Positions 1 through 9,106 of a stretch of DNA of 64,000 nt are shown piece by piece. Source of the stretch: Candidatus Thalassarchaeaceae archaeon (GTDB taxonomy: Archaea > Thermoplasmatota > Poseidoniia > Poseidoniales > Thalassarchaeaceae); NCBI GenBank assembly GCA_030748775.1, contig JASMLH010000004.1, positions 27,234-91,233 of the forward strand, in the 5' to 3' direction. Both the position numbers and the translations under genes were made by a program. Under the pieces are notes generated by a model. That model did no database searches. It saw only the letters and a program-made list of their open reading frames with translations, and was not told the DNA's origin. The stretch's first letter is position 1. Every line of letters begins with the position of its first letter.

Positions 1-109
1 ATTCCCAGTCCGAAGGAGTCGAAAGCGAAGATGGCTCCATCATCTTGCATGACAATCCGATTCCAGCGAAACCCAATGCCTCGAATCCTACTGGGACCTT
101 GTCGTCATT
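1..109 (-). CDS. possible 5' end of an unidentified CDS running off the left edge
   Basis: A minus-strand ATG at 109-107 opens a stop-free frame to position 1 (MTTGPSRIRGIGFRWNRIVMQDDGAIFAFDSFGLG...). Only about 36 codons are visible and no family is recognisable. It is divergent to the HAD gene. Confidence 0.25.
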
Positions 110-241
110 ATTGACCCGGGCCAGTGCAGCAGGCCTCCATTTACCCTCCCACTCTGACATCTTGCGGTAACTAGGAGAGGGTGCATGGCTTCATTCAATC
201 GGTCTGCGAAGGCTTGAATCATAACAGCCCTAGCGAGGGGT

Positions 242-787
242 GTGAATGTTAGCTCACCCGGGCTGCCGCTGGCAGTGGACATGGATGGAACATTGATACT
301 TACAGACATGAGTTGGGTGAGTTTCAGGAAGGTCATCATTAGAAGACCGTGGATGCTCCTAGGAATGCTTCTCAAGGAGTTCTCTGGGAGGAGGGCGGAG
401 TGGAAGAGAGATCTAGCTGAGAGGTTAGATTTTACCCCCTCTGATCTAGAATATCATCCTGGTTTTCTTGATTGGCTAACAGGTGAGCACGCCAAGGGCA
501 GGGAGCTGATTCTAGCCACCGCCTCAGATAGGATAGTTGCAGAGCGGGTTGCTGGTCATGTGGGGTTGTTCTCCGATGTATTGGCATCTGACATGTCATT
601 CAATCTGAGGGGGGAGAAGAAGGCTGAAGCTCTAGTCTCTAGATATGGAGAAAGGGGATTCGCATATGCTGGAAATAGCAAGCACGACATTGACGTCTGG
701 AAGCATTCCGGAGAGGTTATCGTTGTAAATCCGGAGAGGGGGCTTCTAACCAGAATAGGAGATGAGGCGGACATTATTTTCGAATAA
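242..787 (+). CDS. HAD-superfamily hydrolase (HAD-IB / phosphoserine-phosphatase-like)
   Basis: GTG start. HAD motif I DMDGTL lies near the N-terminus, with later ATASD and GNSKHDID motifs. 181 aa. Confidence 0.75.
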   Translation: MNVSSPGLPLAVDMDGTLILTDMSWVSFRKVIIRRPWMLLGMLLKEFSGRRAEWKRDLAERLDFTPSDLEYHPGFLDWLTGEHAKGRELILATASDRIVAERVAGHVGLFSDVLASDMSFNLRGEKKAEALVSRYGERGFAYAGNSKHDIDVWKHSGEVIVVNPERGLLTRIGDEADIIFE

Positions 788-814
788 AGCACCTCAAGTC
801 AGTTGTCATAACAT

Positions 815-1717
815 GTGGTAGCACCGGGTGAATACATGGGAGGGCGCGGAAGAGGCTTTGGCACTAGGTTAGACGACCTTGCAAAATGGCTTCTTCGGTT
901 CAGGATATTCGCAATTCCTGCAACTCTTGTCTCAAACTCAAGAATTGCATGGAGCATGATCTCTAGAGTCGACCGAGTAAGGGTCAGAAGGCAGAAAGAC
1001 AGGATTTCAGCCTTTGATCTTCCCAATCACATTTCAATAATCATGGATGGAAACCGCAGGTTCGCCTGGAACAGAAGCCTAGGGACGGAAATAGGGCACA
1101 AGTACGGCAAGGAGAAGCTCAAAGAGGTCATGGATTGGATTCTAGAATTGGGAATTCCCTATCTGACCGTTTACGCTCTTTCGACTGAGAACATCTCGGT
1201 AAGAAAGGGGAAGGAGCTAGATTCTCTCTACGACCTCTATGTCACGGGACTAGACGAAATTGCAGAGGACCCGCGCATTCATGCAAAGAAGGTCAAGGTA
1301 AGAGTCGCGGGCAGAACTGAAATGCTGCCTCAGAGGGTTCGTGATGCTATCGATAGAGCCGAGGATAGGACTGGTAGCTACTCGGACTTCACTTTCACAG
1401 TTTGTCTTGCATATGGGGGTAGGGAGGAAATTGTTGATGCGGTAAAGGGGGTAGCAGAGGATCATTCGGCAGGTCTATTGCCACTAGAAAATATTGACAC
1501 AGAAGAGATATCAAAGAGGCTGTACGACGCCCACATTCCCGATCCTGACCTAGTAATCAGAACAAGTGGGGAGGAAAGGGTCTCCAACTTCCTTCTTTGG
1601 CAGATTGCCTACTCGGAGCTATACTTCACTGATGTGCACTGGCCGTCATTCTCAAAGGGAGACCTATTCGATGCAATTGAGACATTCCAAGCCAGAAGGA
1701 GGAGATTTGGTGGATGA
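815..1717 (+). CDS. uppS: cis-prenyltransferase, undecaprenyl-diphosphate synthase family
   Basis: Motifs HISIIMDGNRRFA and RTSGEERVSNFLLWQIAYSELYF. The internal Met at 956 would give a more typical 253-aa protein, so the start is uncertain. Confidence 0.9.
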   Translation: MVAPGEYMGGRGRGFGTRLDDLAKWLLRFRIFAIPATLVSNSRIAWSMISRVDRVRVRRQKDRISAFDLPNHISIIMDGNRRFAWNRSLGTEIGHKYGKEKLKEVMDWILELGIPYLTVYALSTENISVRKGKELDSLYDLYVTGLDEIAEDPRIHAKKVKVRVAGRTEMLPQRVRDAIDRAEDRTGSYSDFTFTVCLAYGGREEIVDAVKGVAEDHSAGLLPLENIDTEEISKRLYDAHIPDPDLVIRTSGEERVSNFLLWQIAYSELYFTDVHWPSFSKGDLFDAIETFQARRRRFGG

Positions 1718-2129
1718 AATCCACAGAAGCCCTGCACTGGCAGTGGATGCAATCGCTCTTAGGAATTCAAATTCAGGTACTGAGGTTCTTCTGATTAGAA
1801 GAGGAATGGAACCATGGAAGGGAAAACTGGCCTTCCCTGGGGGGTTCGTAGACATTGGAGAGGACCCAGAGGATGCGGTTCTAAGGGAGCTATTGGAAGA
1901 GACCGGAGTCTCTGGTTCTAATCCTGAGGTTTTTACAGTTAGAGGCGCCCCTTTTCGCGATCCTAGGAAGCATATCGTTTCCGTTTTTTACATTGTAAAT
2001 GTGGAAGGTTCTTCGAAACCGGTTGCTGGAGATGACGCGGCTGACGCCAAATGGATATTGATAGAGGATCTTGAGCGTGAGGATTTGGCAGGAGACCACA
2101 TCGAGGTAATAGAGCAATTACGCAAGTAA
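1710..2129 (+). CDS. Nudix hydrolase
   Basis: Nudix box GGFVDIGEDPEDAVLRELLEETGV. I chose the GTG at 1710, which overlaps the uppS stop. The 1566-1709 part of the ORF lies inside uppS. Confidence 0.85.
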   Translation: MDEIHRSPALAVDAIALRNSNSGTEVLLIRRGMEPWKGKLAFPGGFVDIGEDPEDAVLRELLEETGVSGSNPEVFTVRGAPFRDPRKHIVSVFYIVNVEGSSKPVAGDDAADAKWILIEDLEREDLAGDHIEVIEQLRK

Positions 2130-2158
2130 CCCTATACCGAGAAACTCCTCGCGCCTCC

Positions 2159-2575
2159 ATGAGTAGGAAACTGAAGATTGACACTGGAGGAACAAAGTTG
2201 GGGCCATACAGCCCTGGGATCAATGTGAAAGATCACATCTGGCTTTCGGGGCAAATCGATGTAGACGCCGGTGACGATATTGAGTCTCAGACCAAGGGGA
2301 CATTGGCAAAGATAGACGATTTACTGGCTGCTGCAAACAGCTCCAAGGCCGATCTGGTGAAAGTAACAGTACTAATGACTGACATAGAATTCTATTCTAA
2401 GATTAACGATATCTATGCTGAGTGGCTCGGCGACACGATTGCCCCGTCTAGAGCAGCTTACGAAATCAGCCGCTTGCCTGGAGGAGCTCTGGTCGAAATT
2501 GTCTGTGAGGCCTTCAGAAACTCTGGAGAATTCAGAACGGACCTACCAGCAGAGCTAGAGGAGGCTCTAGTATAG
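2159..2575 (+). CDS. ridA: RidA/YjgF/L-PSP family reactive-intermediate deaminase
   Basis: The GPYSPGI...LSGQI...QTKGTLAKI...PSRAAYEISRLPGGALVEI pattern is typical of RidA. Confidence 0.85.
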   Translation: MSRKLKIDTGGTKLGPYSPGINVKDHIWLSGQIDVDAGDDIESQTKGTLAKIDDLLAAANSSKADLVKVTVLMTDIEFYSKINDIYAEWLGDTIAPSRAAYEISRLPGGALVEIVCEAFRNSGEFRTDLPAELEEALV

Positions 2576-2940
2576 TGAATTCTGTTGACGACATATTATT
2601 GAAGAGATTCGAAAGTCCCGATGAGATTAGGAATTTCGAGAAGGGAAAATTTGAGATCTTGCATTTTGAAGGAATGACGATTGGCAGAGCAACTTACTAT
2701 CCTGGTTGGAAGTGGTCTGTCGATGTTTCTCCAATTTCTGGGACCGGTTTCTGCGAGGTTGAGCATCTTGGTATGGTGTTATCAGGCGTAGCGACCTGTG
2801 CGTTCAAAGATGGTGAGATTCACGAGCTCAAGGCTGGTGATCTATTCTATATCGGCCCTGAGCCTCATGATAGTTGGGTAGTCGGGGAGGAAGACTATGT
2901 TTCCCTACATTTCCTTGGCGCAGAGAAGTACGCGAAGTGA
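2575..2940 (+). CDS. cupin-domain protein
   Basis: 121 aa. A beta-barrel-like pattern (EHLGMVLSG...GD.FYIGP.PHDSW) suggests a cupin. The GTG start overlaps the ridA stop by 1 nt. Confidence 0.55.
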   Translation: MNSVDDILLKRFESPDEIRNFEKGKFEILHFEGMTIGRATYYPGWKWSVDVSPISGTGFCEVEHLGMVLSGVATCAFKDGEIHELKAGDLFYIGPEPHDSWVVGEEDYVSLHFLGAEKYAK

Positions 2941-2989
2941 AGAGTTCCCTACCAAGAAGATTAGGTAGCATCAGCGGGGGCGAAGAAGC

Positions 2990-4375
2990 ATGAGCGTGTT
3001 CAAGGCTTACGATATCAGGGGGATAGCTGGGGCTGAGCTGGATTCGGATTTCGCGGAGCGTCTTGGAGGGGCAATAGCTACTCACTTAGACGCAAGATGT
3101 GTCTCTGTTGTAAGAGATATCAGGGATTCTGGCCCAGAGTACCATGAGGCGTTTGTAAGGGGTCTTCTATCTGCAGGAGCAGATGTGATAGACCTGGGCA
3201 TTTCCACTACAGGCGTTCTATATCGTTCGACAGTAGACCTCCCCGTTGACGTAGCTGTGGCGATTACTGCAAGCCATAACCCTCCGGAGTACAATGGATT
3301 CAAGATTTGCCAAGGAAAAATGCCTCTTGGGGGGGAAGAGTTGCAAGATATCAGAAGGACCTTCGAAGCGGGGGATTTCAGAGTTGGTAATGGAAACTAC
3401 AAGTCCATGGAAGACTATGAATCAAAGTATATCGATTCCATAGTAGAAAGTGTTGGAAGTCCTTCAAGGGATATCCGGGTAGTTTTGGATTGTGGCAATG
3501 CAGTTCCGGGACCTCTGGCAGTTAAGGTTCTGGAAAGGCTAGGGATAGATGTCATACCCCTATACTGCGATTGGGACAGTTCATTCCCAAATCACCCGCC
3601 TGACCCTACTAGACCGAAGAACATGGTGGACCTTGGCAGGGCAGTACTAGAACACGGAGCCGAATTCGGAATCGGGATGGATGGAGATGGTGATCGCCTG
3701 GGAGTAGTGGATGAGAATGGAATTTTCATCCACCCCGATCGGCTAATGGGAATTTTTGTCCAAGACGTCCTATCAGGACTACCGGAAAATGCCACTGAAG
3801 AGCAGCGCACGATTTTCTTCGATGTGAAATGCAGCATGGCATTGGAGGAGGCGATAGAGAGTCTGGGAGGATTGCCTCGGATGGTAAGGACGGGTCATAC
3901 TTTCATGAAGATGGAGTTGCGGAATAATCCAACTTCCCCAATGGCAGGAGAGATGTCGGGGCATTTCTTCATGAATGACCACTGGGATGGTTTTGACGAT
4001 TCGATATATTGCGCTGCTAGGTTGATGAGGATTATAGGAAAGGACCCTGCTCCGGAACAAGGAGGGCCAAAATTCTCAGAAAGATTCGCATTCATGCCAG
4101 AATATCCGACAACGGACGAAGGAAAAGTCCCCTTGGTTGGAGGCAGGGACGAAATCATGGAAGGCGTTGCTAAGGCATTTTCGGATATGCCCCTATCGAC
4201 CGTTGATGGTATCAGGGTCAAGTACGAAGATGGATGGTACCTTTGCCGTCCCAGTAACACGGAGCCGATACTAGTGATGAGGGCGGAGGGCAGAGACCAG
4301 GAGGCTCTAGATTCCATTCTATTAGACGTAGAGTCCAGAATTGGCCAAATCGTGGACCTTGAGAAACTAAAGTAG
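2990..4375 (+). CDS. phosphomannomutase/phosphoglucomutase (alpha-D-phosphohexomutase family)
   Basis: Active-site loop TASHNPPEYNGFK, Mg-binding GMDGDGDR, and GEMSGH sugar-binding loop. 461 aa. Confidence 0.92.
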   Translation: MSVFKAYDIRGIAGAELDSDFAERLGGAIATHLDARCVSVVRDIRDSGPEYHEAFVRGLLSAGADVIDLGISTTGVLYRSTVDLPVDVAVAITASHNPPEYNGFKICQGKMPLGGEELQDIRRTFEAGDFRVGNGNYKSMEDYESKYIDSIVESVGSPSRDIRVVLDCGNAVPGPLAVKVLERLGIDVIPLYCDWDSSFPNHPPDPTRPKNMVDLGRAVLEHGAEFGIGMDGDGDRLGVVDENGIFIHPDRLMGIFVQDVLSGLPENATEEQRTIFFDVKCSMALEEAIESLGGLPRMVRTGHTFMKMELRNNPTSPMAGEMSGHFFMNDHWDGFDDSIYCAARLMRIIGKDPAPEQGGPKFSERFAFMPEYPTTDEGKVPLVGGRDEIMEGVAKAFSDMPLSTVDGIRVKYEDGWYLCRPSNTEPILVMRAEGRDQEALDSILLDVESRIGQIVDLEKLK

Positions 4376-4425
4376 TAACGAGTCACCGATTCTCTTATGC
4401 CAATCGCCAAAGTGGCCGCGACGCT

Positions 4426-4502
4426 GCCACTGTAGCTTAGCCTGGTAGAGCGTCTGATTCGTAATCAGAAGGCCGGGAGTTCGAATCTCCCCAGTGGCTC
4501 CA
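4426..4502 (+). tRNA. tRNA-Thr (anticodon CGU), with 3' CCA encoded in the genome
   Basis: Acceptor stem GCCACTG/CAGTGGC, D-arm TAGCTTAGCCTGGTAGAGC, and anticodon stem TCTGA/TCAGA with loop TTCGTAA (CGT). T-arm GGGAGTTCGAATCTCCC, discriminator T, then CCA at 4500-4502. No intron. Confidence 0.9.
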
Positions 4503-5780
4503 TCAAACTGCCAATCCCAAATCTTCAAGGTTTTCTCGGAATACTGAATATGATTCCTTTAGTGAGCCGATTACTGGCATCGAATCACCGGAAAGGAAGC
4601 TCATTGTTGATCCTCCTCCTGTGCTATTGTGCGTGACCTCGTCGGAAGCACCCCTACTGTTGACCAGTGCACTTGTGTGGCCACCTCCAATAATGGTCAT
4701 GGCCTCAGTCTCAACACACATGTTTAGGATTTCAATAGTGCCAAATGCAAACTCTGGAAGTTCGAAGTAGGAGGCTGGGCCGTTCCAAAGTACGCAACCA
4801 GATTCCTGAACTATGGGCCTCAGATTCCTCAGTGTCTCTATTCCCACATCGTAGATTGGGTTCTCAGTTGGCAAACCCTCCAAGGACATCGGTTTGCGTT
4901 CGCCGTCAACCTCTACTGCTAGATCCTGTGGTAGGAAAAATATTTCCTGGTTCTCGGAGTAAAGTTTCTCTGCCATATCCCACGTGGGAACGAAATCTTC
5001 GCCCAAAGTCTTCCTGATGAACTCCTGGTTCCTCTCTCCGATGTCTTTTCCTGAAACCCAAAGCATTAGATTTCCTACTACTCCAACAAATGCAATCCTG
5101 TCTACATTTCCTCTCTGGATTAAGTTTCTTGCCACTCTCATTGAGTCGTCACACTTGGCTCCTCCAAGGATGGCCAGATATGGCCTAGGTGGATCCCTCA
5201 GAGCAGTCCTTAGACTCTCAATCTCGCTCTCCATTAGGGTTCCAGCTATACATGGCAAAGACTTGGTGAATCCAGTCAGTGTTGGTGATCTCCTATGTGC
5301 AGCAGCGAAGGCATCAGTAACGTATGCATCAGATACCGAGGATAGAATTGAGACCAAGTCTGTAGACTCGGTTTCCTCATTTGAGTGGTATTTGTTCCCA
5401 TACTCCTCTTCATTAGACCGGACGTTATCTAAGAAAATGACTTCTCCTTCTTCCATGGACTGTATTGCCGAAATAGCCTCTTCCCCGCATACGTCTTCTA
5501 CGAATTTTATTTGTCTACCAGTAATGTCCTCAAGAAGCCTACTATGAGCCCTGGTGTCGGTGAAATCTGATTTCCCTGGGCGCGACTGGTGGGACAGCAA
5601 CACTACCCTGGAACCGGAAAGGCGCTGCAGGGTTGGAACAATTGCCCTAAATCTGCCATCATCTAGGATTCTCCCAGAAGCAGGTTCCAATGGGGAATTC
5701 ACGTCTATACGATAGAGAACAGTACGTCCCCGAAGGTCGACGTCGTCCAGCGACAGCACGCCTTCCACGTCATGTCCCAC
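4503..5780 (-). CDS. pgk: phosphoglycerate kinase
   Basis: N-terminus LSLDDVDLRGRTVLYRIDVNSP and C-terminal GGGHTS...STGGGSTMSFL are typical of PGK. I chose the GTG at 5780. The ORF extends to 5888, but that part would overlap the divergent gene. Confidence 0.9.
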   Translation of the reverse strand: MGHDVEGVLSLDDVDLRGRTVLYRIDVNSPLEPASGRILDDGRFRAIVPTLQRLSGSRVVLLSHQSRPGKSDFTDTRAHSRLLEDITGRQIKFVEDVCGEEAISAIQSMEEGEVIFLDNVRSNEEEYGNKYHSNEETESTDLVSILSSVSDAYVTDAFAAAHRRSPTLTGFTKSLPCIAGTLMESEIESLRTALRDPPRPYLAILGGAKCDDSMRVARNLIQRGNVDRIAFVGVVGNLMLWVSGKDIGERNQEFIRKTLGEDFVPTWDMAEKLYSENQEIFFLPQDLAVEVDGERKPMSLEGLPTENPIYDVGIETLRNLRPIVQESGCVLWNGPASYFELPEFAFGTIEILNMCVETEAMTIIGGGHTSALVNSRGASDEVTHNSTGGGSTMSFLSGDSMPVIGSLKESYSVFRENLEDLGLAV

Positions 5781-5813
5781 TGAGATTCCCCCTTTGGCCG
5801 TTGTGGAAGCAAA

Positions 5814-7121
5814 TTGGCAGTCATAAGAGCCAAAATGCCTTTCCCATATGACGAGCCAAGAGGAAACATGGAATGGGCCACATCCCAACTAACGGGGCCA
5901 GAGGGGGAAGACTGGCGAGTACCAGTCTCTGAACTCGAAGACAGGCAAGCAAGGCTTGCAACAAAACTAGCAGATGAGGGGATAGAGTCCGCATTGATTG
6001 ACGACCCTGTCGAGTTATACTGGCTTACAGGCGGGAGGCAGAATTCTGTTCTTCTAATTGGAGCAGAGGGTTCCGGAATTGAGTCAGAACACTGGGTTAG
6101 AAGATCTTTGAAAAGAGCAGAGTTCGAAGCGGGCGGAACCGATTGTCCTCATGAAATCCGCCCCCATCCGCGGATGTCTTCCCTTGGGGAGGAGTTAGCC
6201 AGAGCTGGGTGCAATGTCAAACCGGCTCTATTGGCTGGAAAAATACCGCATGATAGATGGAGATTTCTATCTTCGAAAATGAGTGGAGTTTCCGGAGATC
6301 CTTCCGATTGCACTGGACTACTCTATGAACTAAGAGAGGTAAAATCCAGTTGGGAGATTTCCATGATTCGAGAAAGTGGAGCAATTAATCGGAGGATGTT
6401 TGATGCAGTATTCGAAAATGGTGGATTGGGGAAGAGCGAGTTGGAGATGGCAGGTGCAGCAGATGAAGTTAGTCGGGGTGCTGGTTTTGGTGGGAGGATA
6501 AGGATGCGAAAATGGCCAATGGATTGTGACAGAGTTGTAATCGCGGCAGGTAGATCTGGGGCTGTTCCGTCGTACTTTGATTCGGCTGTTGGCGGAGTAG
6601 GGGGGAGTCCGATTTCGTCCCTTGGTGCTGGCTTCCATGAGGTCAAAGGGAACCAACCTGTTCTTGTCGACATAGTCCATGTCCACAGAGGGTACGTCTC
6701 TGATTGCACCAGGATGTTCGCTGTAGGAAAACTGGCATCGAAGTGGGAGGATAGGCTAGAAGACATGAGTGAGATTAGTAGCCAATTGGTAGATTGGCTA
6801 GGAAAGGGCAAAGAGTGCTCAGAATCATGGAATGATGGGTTCGAAATGGCATCGGAAATGGGGCACGCAGAACACCTAATGGGGATTTCACCAAACCAAG
6901 CAAGTTTCCTAGGCCATTCAGTGGGACTCGAATTAGACGAGACTCCTGTCGTGGCAAGAGGTTTTGATCGTCCCATTCCACGGGGCGGGACTATGGCGAT
7001 TGAGCCCAAGGTAATACATCCAGATGGGGCTATTGGTACAGAAGACACATGGGTTCGGGGCGATGATGGGATGGAGTGCCTCACTGCAGGGGATGATTTT
7101 CCTCTGGTTTCGGAGTGGTGA
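5814..7121 (+). CDS. M24-family Xaa-Pro aminopeptidase/prolidase-like peptidase
   Basis: Creatinase-like N-domain (ALIDDPVELYWLTG) and a pita-bread metal-ligand region (VLVDIVHVHRGYVSDCTRMF, LGHSVGLELDETP). The start could be Met at 5835 or 5868. Confidence 0.8.
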   Translation: MAVIRAKMPFPYDEPRGNMEWATSQLTGPEGEDWRVPVSELEDRQARLATKLADEGIESALIDDPVELYWLTGGRQNSVLLIGAEGSGIESEHWVRRSLKRAEFEAGGTDCPHEIRPHPRMSSLGEELARAGCNVKPALLAGKIPHDRWRFLSSKMSGVSGDPSDCTGLLYELREVKSSWEISMIRESGAINRRMFDAVFENGGLGKSELEMAGAADEVSRGAGFGGRIRMRKWPMDCDRVVIAAGRSGAVPSYFDSAVGGVGGSPISSLGAGFHEVKGNQPVLVDIVHVHRGYVSDCTRMFAVGKLASKWEDRLEDMSEISSQLVDWLGKGKECSESWNDGFEMASEMGHAEHLMGISPNQASFLGHSVGLELDETPVVARGFDRPIPRGGTMAIEPKVIHPDGAIGTEDTWVRGDDGMECLTAGDDFPLVSEW

Positions 7122-7122
7122 A

Positions 7123-7431
7123 ATGTCCAGATCCGTGAAAGGAAATAAATCTGAGGCCCAAAGGAGATTGGCAAGGATACTGAGGAAGAGGGTCGAGCCA
7201 CACGGGACTCCTATTACAGATCCTTCTATTCTGAAGGGAGTTGAGGTGGACGAGTCTGGAATTGTAGAGTTATGGATAAGGCCAGCTCATCCCCACTGCC
7301 CTTGCTGCTTGGGTGATTTGATTGATCTTAGAAGCGAGATTTTGCAGCAGAAGGGCGTTCTCGCCTGCCACTTGGAGATAGTAGGAGTTCCACAGCCTGA
7401 AAGATGGACTTCGGCTGTTAATGAACAGTGA
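7123..7431 (+). CDS. DUF59/MIP18-family protein (putative Fe-S cluster assembly)
   Basis: 102 aa from the ATG at 7123, just after the M24 stop. The ILKGVEVDESGIVELWIRPAHPHCPCC...HLEIVGVP..RW pattern resembles DUF59. Confidence 0.55.
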   Translation: MSRSVKGNKSEAQRRLARILRKRVEPHGTPITDPSILKGVEVDESGIVELWIRPAHPHCPCCLGDLIDLRSEILQQKGVLACHLEIVGVPQPERWTSAVNEQ

Positions 7432-7606
7432 AATTTGTCACTCGTTTTCTCCGGATGATGAATTAATCCTCCAGTTGCTACGTTCCTCAACTTCTCTTAG
7501 CTTCAGGGAAATTCTGTTGAATAGCCACCAGGACATGAGAGAGATTCCCAATGCAGAAATTGTCAGTGAGAAAAGGAAGTCGGGTTCCGATAAATACGAC
7601 AATTAA
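7421..7606 (+). CDS. small hypothetical protein (61 aa), possibly HTH-like
   Basis: The ATG overlaps the DUF59 gene end by 11 nt. ELILQLLRSSTSLSFREILLNS resembles the start of a winged helix. There is no other support. Confidence 0.3.
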   Translation: MNSEICHSFSPDDELILQLLRSSTSLSFREILLNSHQDMREIPNAEIVSEKRKSGSDKYDN

Positions 7607-7610
7607 TCAC

Positions 7611-7910
7611 CTACAAAGGGGGTTTGACGTCAATGTCGCAATTTTCCAAGGGGGAAATACAGCAGGTCAATATTCCGCCCTCCGAGACTAGATCTTCGTC
7701 AAGACCAGGAGGGAGGACATCTGGAAGACCCACCTCCCCACTGATTAGTCTAACTAGGCACGTGCCGCAATTCCCAGAAGTGCAGTTGGTGGGAATTTCG
7801 ATGCCTGCCTGCTCTGCCACATCAACCAATGGAGCACCTGGTGATGCCTCTGCGGAACCTATTATTTCTGAGCCGCGGAAGAATCTGACTACGGGCAGAC
7901 CAGTGGGCAT
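7611..7910 (-). CDS. 2Fe-2S ferredoxin (plant-type fold)
   Basis: Cys motif CTSGNCGTCLVRL plus downstream LTCC. 99 aa. Confidence 0.85.
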   Translation of the reverse strand: MPTGLPVVRFFRGSEIIGSAEASPGAPLVDVAEQAGIEIPTNCTSGNCGTCLVRLISGEVGLPDVLPPGLDEDLVSEGGILTCCISPLENCDIDVKPPL

Positions 7911-7917
7911 CCGGAAT

Positions 7918-9006
7918 TCACCGGTCCTCCCAACGAGTCCATCGCCCAGTCTGTTTGTTGAAGCGCAGTCCTGCCTTCTTCATCCATTTGTTGAACTTCG
8001 TAGCACCTGCTCCTGTAGCGATGATGAACTCTTCTCTGTCCTCCTGTGCCTGGATGTATCCCTTTGCGGCAATGGTCTGATCTATCCATTCATCGATGCT
8101 CATCAGCACACCGGACAGGCTACTTGACTCGAGGGCTGCCTCCAGCTCCTCTGCTGTAGCGCCTGCAGATTCAAGATCTCTCTTCATGAGATCGGTTATG
8201 GACCTGGATTTATCCTTCCTGGGAGGCCTGACAACCTTCAATCGGGGCTTAATCTTGGAGTCAATCTTGATTCTGGAGCCGTTATTCAGCCTCCCCTCCA
8301 CTGCCTCAGCCATAGGAGCATGGAACTCCTCTTCACAGTCCCAGCAGACGAATGAAAAGTCTCTCGAGTCTTCCATGATGTTGCTACCCCTGGGATCCAT
8401 TTCCTCGCCACAGTGGGGGCAGGCGTGTAGGCAAAGTATCGGGGCGATTTTCCTTCTGAAATCGACGATGTCCTGAGGGGTTCCTGCAAGTTCTAGCATC
8501 TCATGATCCCTTGCAGCTTCCAGGCCCCTTGTCTCAAGCTGATCCCTTAGTTTGGACCTCTGCTCATCCTTTGACTCGTCATCAAGGTTGTTCTCAAGCT
8601 TCACAATCAACTCGATGGTCTTGCCTAGTCTATTCATGACGAGTTTCTGGTTTCTGAAAGCCTCTACCCTAGCAAGCCTTAGCTGTTCCTTCTTCTCTTG
8701 GAGCTCTGCGTAGATGTCCTTCTGTTCCCTCTTAAATCTGGTTTCCTCTATCTTGTCTACCTTCTTATTATCATCTGATAGTACGTCTGCTAGGAATCTC
8801 TGCCTGCTAGATGATCTGGGTCCAGACTTAACTGCGTCGAGAACTGAATTTGCGACTTCTTTCTTTATCCCATAGTTGTTAACGAGAGTATCGGAGTCGA
8901 GCTTCTTGAGATCCCCGATCTTTATTCCGCCGTCAGAGAGAATCTGCGCTGTAGTCTCATCTATTCCTCTTCGCAGAAGAGCGAGATAGGTGTCCTTCTT
9001 CGCCAT
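7918..9006 (-). CDS. hypothetical protein: N-terminal HhH-like module, coiled coil, CxxC...CxxC zinc ribbon
   Basis: N-terminus LALLRRGIDETTAQILSDGGIKIGDLKKL, then a long charged helical stretch, then CPHCGEEM...CWDCEEEF. No family recognised. Confidence 0.6.
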   Translation of the reverse strand: MAKKDTYLALLRRGIDETTAQILSDGGIKIGDLKKLDSDTLVNNYGIKKEVANSVLDAVKSGPRSSSRQRFLADVLSDDNKKVDKIEETRFKREQKDIYAELQEKKEQLRLARVEAFRNQKLVMNRLGKTIELIVKLENNLDDESKDEQRSKLRDQLETRGLEAARDHEMLELAGTPQDIVDFRRKIAPILCLHACPHCGEEMDPRGSNIMEDSRDFSFVCWDCEEEFHAPMAEAVEGRLNNGSRIKIDSKIKPRLKVVRPPRKDKSRSITDLMKRDLESAGATAEELEAALESSSLSGVLMSIDEWIDQTIAAKGYIQAQEDREEFIIATGAGATKFNKWMKKAGLRFNKQTGRWTRWEDR

Positions 9007-9106
9007 TGCATCCCTTCCTTCGACCTGGGTCTTCCGTCGGCCCGGTCTTGTACTGCGGGAGAGGGGGGGCCTCTATCAAGTCGATGTCAATTTGTGCTGT
9101 TTTACA

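Noticed and set aside
88-375. 95-aa minus-strand ORF spanning the left intergenic region and the HAD gene start
   Set aside because: It overlaps the well-supported HAD CDS and has no recognisable motifs. A different minus-strand frame starting at 109 explains the left edge better.
1566-1709. N-terminal extension of the Nudix ORF
   Set aside because: It lies entirely inside uppS in another frame. The Nudix-fold homology only begins after the GTG at 1710, which overlaps the uppS stop.
4376-4502. tRNA-Thr as an integration hotspot for a mobile element
   Set aside because: There is no integrase, no duplicated tRNA 3' fragment, and no atypical gene content on either side. The neighbours are housekeeping genes.
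6323-7201. 292-aa minus-strand ORF antisense to the M24 peptidase gene
   Set aside because: The sequence is Ser/Pro-rich low complexity, whereas the sense strand carries clear M24 metal-ligand motifs. It is a typical shadow ORF.
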